This document shows positions 58,816 to 64,000 of a DNA stretch of 64,000 nt, in pieces (the stretch's first letter is position 1; each line of letters begins with the position of its first letter). The notes beneath the pieces were generated by a model. That model searched no databases. It had not been told where the DNA came from and saw nothing but the letters and a program-made list of their open reading frames with translations. The stretch is from assembly GCA_016342285.1 (NCBI GenBank), contig JAEINQ010000002.1, positions 1-64,000 on the forward strand, in the 5' to 3' direction. A program made the translations under genes and the position numbers. Source of the DNA: Desulfobacterales bacterium. Its GTDB lineage: Bacteria > Desulfobacterota > Desulfobacteria > Desulfobacterales > JAEINQ01.

Positions 58816-60063
58816 ATGAATAACCGGTCGCAGAAAATACGCGGCTCCACGGTGGCAAAAAAAGAAATTCCGGAAGGGTATTATAATCCCATGGATCGCA
58901 ATTTTGTCGGCAAGATGGTTCTGCTGCTGGTGGTGTTCTTTATTTCGGTGCTGTTTTTTTCCATGATTCGAACCTTTCTGATGGCCATCTTTCTGGCCGG
59001 TTTGTTCAGTGCCCTGGCCCACCCCTTATATCTACGGTTTGAAAAGCGGCTGCGAGGACGGCGGTCCCTGGCTTCCCTGGCCACCTTGTTGCTGATCGTC
59101 TGCTTTGTGGTGCTCCCCCTGATCGGGTTGATGGGGATCGTGACGGCCCAGGCCCTGCGGGTGGGCAATTCCGTCAAGCCCTGGGTTCAGCAGCAGATCG
59201 CCCAGCCCGATGCCTTTTTTGCCACCTTCAAGTCCCTGCCGTATTTCGACCAGATTGCCCCTTACCGTGACATGGCCCTGCAAAAGGCCGGCGAGATGGT
59301 GGGCGGCGTCAGCGGCTTTCTGATCAACAGCCTCTCTTCGGCCACCATCGGGACCGTTAATTTTATCTTCACCACAATGGTGATGCTCTACGCCATGTAT
59401 TTCTTTCTCATGGACGGCGAAAAGCTCATCCAGAAAATTCTTTACTATCTGCCCCTGGAGGACAAAGACGAACAGCGCATGCTGGAACGGTTCACTTCGG
59501 TGGCCCGGGCCACCTTAAAGGGGACGGCCGTGATCGGCATCCTTCAGGGGGGGGTGGCTGGTGTGGCCTTTGCCGTGGTCGGTATTCCCAGCGCGGTTTT
59601 CTGGGGTGTGATCATGGCGGTGCTGAGCATTATTCCGGGAATCGGAACGGCCCTGGTGTGGTTGCCGGCGGCCATCCTTCTCGGCGCGGCCGGTCATGTG
59701 GCCGCGGCCGTGGGCCTGGCGGTTTTCTGCGCCGTGGTGGTCGGGGGGCTGGACAACCTGCTTCGGCCGATTCTCGTGGGCAAAGACACCCAGATGCATG
59801 AACTGCTGATTTTTTTTGGCACCATGGGCGGCATTCTCATGTTCGGCATGATCGGGTTTGTCATCGGGCCGATTATCGCGGCACTCTTTGTCACGGTGTG
59901 GGACATCTACGGCGTCGCCTTTCAGGACTTCCTCCCGGCAACCGGTCCGCCGATGGATTCTTCTCCACCGGGGGCGGAAAACCAGGGCGGGAAAACCGAA
60001 ACCGGGGATGGGGCCGATGATCCGAAGGGCTTCGCCGATGGGCCGGAAGAAGAATCGGGTTAA
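58816..60063 (+). CDS. AI-2E family transporter (PerM/YdiK-like)
   Basis: 8 TM helices with the characteristic large C-terminal block; Gly/Pro-rich acidic tail. Confidence 0.8.
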   Translation: MNNRSQKIRGSTVAKKEIPEGYYNPMDRNFVGKMVLLLVVFFISVLFFSMIRTFLMAIFLAGLFSALAHPLYLRFEKRLRGRRSLASLATLLLIVCFVVLPLIGLMGIVTAQALRVGNSVKPWVQQQIAQPDAFFATFKSLPYFDQIAPYRDMALQKAGEMVGGVSGFLINSLSSATIGTVNFIFTTMVMLYAMYFFLMDGEKLIQKILYYLPLEDKDEQRMLERFTSVARATLKGTAVIGILQGGVAGVAFAVVGIPSAVFWGVIMAVLSIIPGIGTALVWLPAAILLGAAGHVAAAVGLAVFCAVVVGGLDNLLRPILVGKDTQMHELLIFFGTMGGILMFGMIGFVIGPIIAALFVTVWDIYGVAFQDFLPATGPPMDSSPPGAENQGGKTETGDGADDPKGFADGPEEESG

Positions 60064-60686
60064 ATGGATTTGAGGTCGCGCCAGCCGTCCTCCCAGTAGG
60101 CCTCTCCATAGCTGATCAACAGTTGCTCGTCCTTCTTGATATCGCGGGCCGCCGTAAAAAGAATGATCCACTGGCCCTCGAACAGGGTATGTTCCACTTC
60201 TACATTGGGTGAGTCGCTGTGGTTGACAAACCGCAGTTCGTTTCCTTCCAGGCGACCGTTGATTTCCAGGTCGGGCGCATCGGGCACGTCATCGAGGTAG
60301 TACCAGGCGTAATCGCTTTCAAAGCCCCCCGCATCCAGGGCGCGGCCGGCATCGGCATCGGCGAGTTGCACAACACCGGCATATTCCCCGATGAAGGCAT
60401 CTTTGTCGATGTTTTGGGTGGCATAAACCCCGAAACCCACGGAATCATCAATCCTTCGAATATCAATGGGCGCCTTGGCACCCTGTCGAATCATCTCCCC
60501 GTAGGTTCGGCAGAGTTGTAAAAAGTACGCCAGATTTTCAAGGTAGTAAGGGCTCTGATCCAATGTCATGGACCGAAGGGGCTGCCAGTCGATCCGGGTA
60601 CGCTCCAGATAGATCAGGCCCTGGCTTTTGAAAAAGGAGCGGATGTCTTCTCTTGTCCGGTATGTTTTCCTGGTGGCTCGCTTCAC
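60060..60686 (-). CDS. SET-domain protein (putative protein-lysine methyltransferase)
   Basis: SET signatures GFGVYATQNI, RFVNHSDSPN (NHS.xPN) and ELLISYGEAYW (post-SET Tyr). Confidence 0.7.
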   Translation of the reverse strand: MKRATRKTYRTREDIRSFFKSQGLIYLERTRIDWQPLRSMTLDQSPYYLENLAYFLQLCRTYGEMIRQGAKAPIDIRRIDDSVGFGVYATQNIDKDAFIGEYAGVVQLADADAGRALDAGGFESDYAWYYLDDVPDAPDLEINGRLEGNELRFVNHSDSPNVEVEHTLFEGQWIILFTAARDIKKDEQLLISYGEAYWEDGWRDLKSI

Positions 60687-60942
60687 GTGATATGTCCGCC
60701 TTTCAAGGAGACTGACAAGATACCACCAATTCGGCCTGAGTCAAGCCCGACATGGCCGCTGTGATAAAACATGGAATCGGGTGCGGGCATACGCATGGCG
60801 GCTTTTTCAGGTGAAGGACGGTTTATTGCCCTGGCAACCCGTCAAGGACAAAAGGGCCGGGGTGGTTGCATACCGGACAAGGCAGCGGTATAACCCCGGA
60901 GCATACCGGATGCCCCACGATACCCTTTTGGCAGCGAAAACC

Positions 60943-61734
60943 ATGAATTTGTCATCGACATCGATCACCGTCAACGGAAAGCAGCTGGAGGCGCTCTGGC
61001 ACGGTCCTTCCCCAGAACGGGCCCCGACCCTCGTGTTCCTTCATGAAGGGCTCGGATGCGTGGCCATGTGGCGGGATTTTCCGGCGCGCCTGGCCGCAGC
61101 CGTGGGATGCTCGGCCTTTGTTTTCAGCCGTTTGGGCTACGGCGGGTCCGGTCCTTGCGAACTGCCGCGGCCTTTGGATTTTATGCACGAAGAAGGCCTG
61201 AACGTGATGCCGGCGGTGATTGCGGCCGCAGGGATTGGGGACCACATCGTCATCGGACATTCCGACGGCGGGTCTATCGGCATTGTCTACGCCGGCGGTA
61301 CGCCAGCCCCAGGGCTCAAGGGGCTGATCACTGAAGCGGCCCATGTTTTTTGTGAAGCGATTTCCGTGGCTTCCATCGAACGAGCGAGGGATGCCTATGT
61401 CAACGGCGATCTTCGCCCCAGGTTGGCAAAATACCACGGGGCCAATACAGACGGTGCCTTCTGGGGGTGGAACGGGGTCTGGCTTCACCCGGAATTCATC
61501 CACTGGAACCTGGAACCCTTTCTCCCGGGAATACGGGTCCCCCTGTTGGCCATTCAGGGGGAAAACGACCCATACGGCACTGTTGCCCAGTTGGACGCCA
61601 TCGCCCGAAAGGACGGAGCCGGCGCCCAAAGGGTGCTGCTCTCCGACTGCGCCCATTGCCCCCACCATGAGCGCCCCGCGGCCACTTTTGCGCGGATGAA
61701 GGCGTTCATTCTCAAAATCCTGCAGAAAAAGTAG
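60943..61734 (+). CDS. Alpha/beta-fold hydrolase
   Basis: HEGLG oxyanion region, nucleophile elbow GHSDGG, C-terminal catalytic His (HCPHHE). Confidence 0.75.
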   Translation: MNLSSTSITVNGKQLEALWHGPSPERAPTLVFLHEGLGCVAMWRDFPARLAAAVGCSAFVFSRLGYGGSGPCELPRPLDFMHEEGLNVMPAVIAAAGIGDHIVIGHSDGGSIGIVYAGGTPAPGLKGLITEAAHVFCEAISVASIERARDAYVNGDLRPRLAKYHGANTDGAFWGWNGVWLHPEFIHWNLEPFLPGIRVPLLAIQGENDPYGTVAQLDAIARKDGAGAQRVLLSDCAHCPHHERPAATFARMKAFILKILQKK

Positions 61735-62255
61735 CTTCCAAAGGCGTCAATGGATTGACTCCCGGCAAAGTGGCGCCGACCGGTGTCCCGTGAAAAACTC
61801 TTCCCTTCGACCCTTATTCTAAAAGGCCTTTGGCCCTTTTTTTAAAAAAAGTAGTTTTTCGGCCTTCCACTATATGCTGTGATACGGGATTTAAAAATAT
61901 TTGCATATAGTAGTTCATGGGCAGAAGAACCAGTTTTCCATTTTTTAAACCCATGTGTCCGAACGTCATGCCGATGTCTTTGTCTGAAATATTAAGGAGT
62001 TATGGTATGCCTTTTGCTATCTGGAAGAGCCCGGGCCTATGTTTCAATCCATTGGGCATCGGTGCGAAGCCATGGCGACTATAATATTATAGCGTTTGTA
62101 GCCGTCCATATTGGAGGTCCTGTGTTGGCAGGAAAAACCCATCGATCCACCAGTATCGGAACGTATTTCTGACAAACGCTATATGAGACCGGAAAGCGGT
62201 TATGAAAATAAGTCGATCCCATTTCTTATGGATTTCCGAAGACAATACGGGAAGG

Positions 62256-63083
62256 ATGAAACATCTGTATTTCAATCCTGTTCTGTCCAGGGTTCTCATC
62301 TTACTGTTGATGATTTGCGTGGGTGCCGTACCTTTTCTGGAGTCCGGCCTTTTGTCCCTGGCTGACCGGGTGTACAATCTGGAGAAGACGAAGCTGAACC
62401 TTCAGGCCGAGGTGCGCGAGCTGCGTTTTTTGAAAGAGACCCTGGTACAGATGGAAGAAAAGGACAAGGTGCTCAGGGCCCATTTCGGCATGGAGGCCTT
62501 AGACTCTCTGCCCATGATGGCTTTTGGCGGCGGCGGCCTGAATCATCCCCTGGTCCGTGGGGCCCTATCGGCGAACGAAACCGCCGGAAAAGGACTGGGG
62601 CAGCGACTCAAGCGGGTGGGAGACAACGCCCAGGTCCTTGGGCGCCTGCAGATGGAACAGGATCTGGCTTGGCACCATACGCCGAGCATCCTGCCGGTTT
62701 CCGGCGGGCGCTTTCGCATTACCTCCGCATTCGGATGGCGACAGAACCCGTTTACAGAAAGACGCGAGTTTCATTCCGGAATCGACATCATGGGATCCCT
62801 GGGCACCCGTATCATCGCACCGGCCAGTGGTGTTGTGGTGCGTAACGGTTACGACGACTGGCTCGGAAACTATCTTGTGATTCAACACACTTCCACAATC
62901 AAGACCATATACGGACACCTTGAAAAAGCGTCCGTGTCAGAGGGGGCGCGCGTCGAGCGTGGTCAGCGCATCGGTTTTATGGGAAACACCGGCATGTCCA
63001 CCAGCCGCCACCTTCACTATACCGTGATTTCTGGCATCCGGGCCGTGGATCCCATGCAGTATGTGCTAGATGCCAACGGATAG
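62256..63083 (+). CDS. M23 family metallopeptidase (LytM/EnvC-like) with an N-terminal coiled coil
   Basis: HSGIDI (HxxxD) and GNTGMSTSRHLHY (HxH) zinc-binding motifs; GGGAAGG RBS before ATG 62256. Confidence 0.85.
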   Translation: MKHLYFNPVLSRVLILLLMICVGAVPFLESGLLSLADRVYNLEKTKLNLQAEVRELRFLKETLVQMEEKDKVLRAHFGMEALDSLPMMAFGGGGLNHPLVRGALSANETAGKGLGQRLKRVGDNAQVLGRLQMEQDLAWHHTPSILPVSGGRFRITSAFGWRQNPFTERREFHSGIDIMGSLGTRIIAPASGVVVRNGYDDWLGNYLVIQHTSTIKTIYGHLEKASVSEGARVERGQRIGFMGNTGMSTSRHLHYTVISGIRAVDPMQYVLDANG

Positions 63084-63084
63084 G

Positions 63085-63762
63085 ATGGTTCACATGGAAA
63101 CTCGACACGGGCAGCTGACAAAGCATCGACAATGGTCTCTCCCATTTGGGCACCTGGGTTTGCTGGCGCTTTTTGTGCTGATGTCTGCAAGTGCGGCCAT
63201 GGGTGGCGGCCAGGCCTTGCCCCTGGATGATGAAGCGGTCTTTTGTCTTTATTATTGGGTCAGCGGTGAGTCCATGGACAATCGGGATCTTGAGGAATTA
63301 AGCCGGGCAATGGGGCGTCCCACCTACACCGACTACAAGCCCTCGGAGATGTTCACGCGAAACAGTCTTCGCCAGCTCCGGTCAAACCTGCATCAAAACA
63401 TGAGCCGTTTTAACGAGGCCACCCGATTCGTGAGGGTCCTTACCTTGGCCGGGCCTGAACACGATCACTTGGACCCGGCAACGCTCTTGCCGTCCCCTAC
63501 CCCATACATTCAGTGCGAATTGCGTGCAGGCGACCGCCGCCGCCTGGAGCAAATGGTGAGCGAAGCCCTCGGACGCTGCCCGCAAGCCAAAGCCCCCCTC
63601 CGCGTTGCCTTCTTCTTCAAGCCGGTCCGTGTGCGCGGCGCGCATCAGAGCCGAAACATGGCCATGGAGCAAGTATTTTTGCCGATCCGTAGCGTGGTCA
63701 TGGCACCGGTGCAGGTCGATGTCCTCAACGATTCTTCAAAAATGATTCATATTCCCAGGTAG
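63085..63762 (+). CDS. Hypothetical exported protein
   Basis: Signal peptide LLALFVLMSASAAMGG; no recognisable domain; starts 2 nt after the M23 stop. Confidence 0.45.
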   Translation: MVHMETRHGQLTKHRQWSLPFGHLGLLALFVLMSASAAMGGGQALPLDDEAVFCLYYWVSGESMDNRDLEELSRAMGRPTYTDYKPSEMFTRNSLRQLRSNLHQNMSRFNEATRFVRVLTLAGPEHDHLDPATLLPSPTPYIQCELRAGDRRRLEQMVSEALGRCPQAKAPLRVAFFFKPVRVRGAHQSRNMAMEQVFLPIRSVVMAPVQVDVLNDSSKMIHIPR

Positions 63763-64000
63763 GCTTTCCGGACCTCATCGTTGGAGAGTAGGCGGGTGGC
63801 GGAATCGGCCAGGGTGATGCGGCCATTTTCCATGACATAGCCCCGATGGGCGGTTTTCAGGGCCATGTTGGCGTTCTGTTCCACCAGAAAAATGGTGACC
63901 TTGTTTTCCTCGTTGATCTTTTTGATGATCTCGAAAATCTGTTTGACGATTTTCGGGGCGAGGCCCAGGGACGGCTCGTCCATGAGCAGCAGCCGCGGCC
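63747..64000 (-). CDS. ABC transporter ATP-binding protein, LivF-like (C-terminal part; gene continues beyond the window)
   Basis: LLLMDEPSLGLAP (Walker B, D-loop), H-loop region, and NDEVRKAYLG LivF-type C-terminus. Confidence 0.75.
   Translation of the reverse strand, partial: PRLLLMDEPSLGLAPKIVKQIFEIIKKINEENKVTIFLVEQNANMALKTAHRGYVMENGRITLADSATRLLSNDEVRKAYLGI

Overview
High-GC chromosomal segment with gene content typical of a Deltaproteobacteria/Desulfobacterales-like organism, mostly housekeeping but with several accessory or unusual insertions. Coordinates taken from the ORF track are exact; coordinates of repeats and motifs read by eye may be off by 1-2 nt. (1) ~9.5-21.2 kb: a nearly complete shikimate/aromatic amino acid supercluster on the minus strand (aroD, aroE, aroG, aroB, aroA, aroK, aroC, a class-I aminotransferase, tyrA). 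A divergent SSS transporter is embedded in it, and four copies of a ~140-bp repeat with terminal inverted repeats sit in its intergenic spacers. Upstream of aroG I read a textbook-looking attenuator. It has a promoter-like hexamer pair, then an ATG-start 26-aa leader peptide MVSKFSGGFYFYFWYFYFGTGLPGMR with ten consecutive Phe/Tyr/Trp codons, then two tandem intrinsic terminators before aroG. (2) ~21.5-41.6 kb: a nitrogen-assimilation supercluster with three amt-glnK pairs, glnA, glnD, and ptsP(EI-Ntr) coupled to a DUF2889 gene. It carries a sigma-54 promoter, intrinsic terminators, and a conserved bipartite structured element found upstream of glnK1 and again orphaned between glnD and amt3. 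A pspA-like/yqiJ-like/flotillin membrane module and an IS200-like Y1 transposase fused to a DnaA-C-like domain, plus a degraded fragment of it, interrupt this cluster. (3) ~46.6-51.4 kb: a visibly lower-GC island encoding a LexA-like S24 repressor, a 1078-aa Eco57I/MmeI-family gamma N6-adenine DNA methyltransferase, and a 157-aa PD-(D/E)xK mini-nuclease, next to a truncated SDR gene. I consider this a candidate uncharacterised repressor-controlled restriction/modification or defence module. (4) A peroxiredoxin-like selenoprotein is split into two ORFs in the track by an in-frame TGA read as selenocysteine in a U-x-x-C motif. (5) Other features: a Ser/Thr kinase-DUF1566 fusion, pirin-wrbA, two vapBC modules, a CpxP/Spy-like protein plus an OmpR-type two-component system with a shared ~90-nt upstream element, pncA(long form)-pncB, a SET-domain protein, and an M23 peptidase. 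No rRNA, tRNA or CRISPR arrays were seen.
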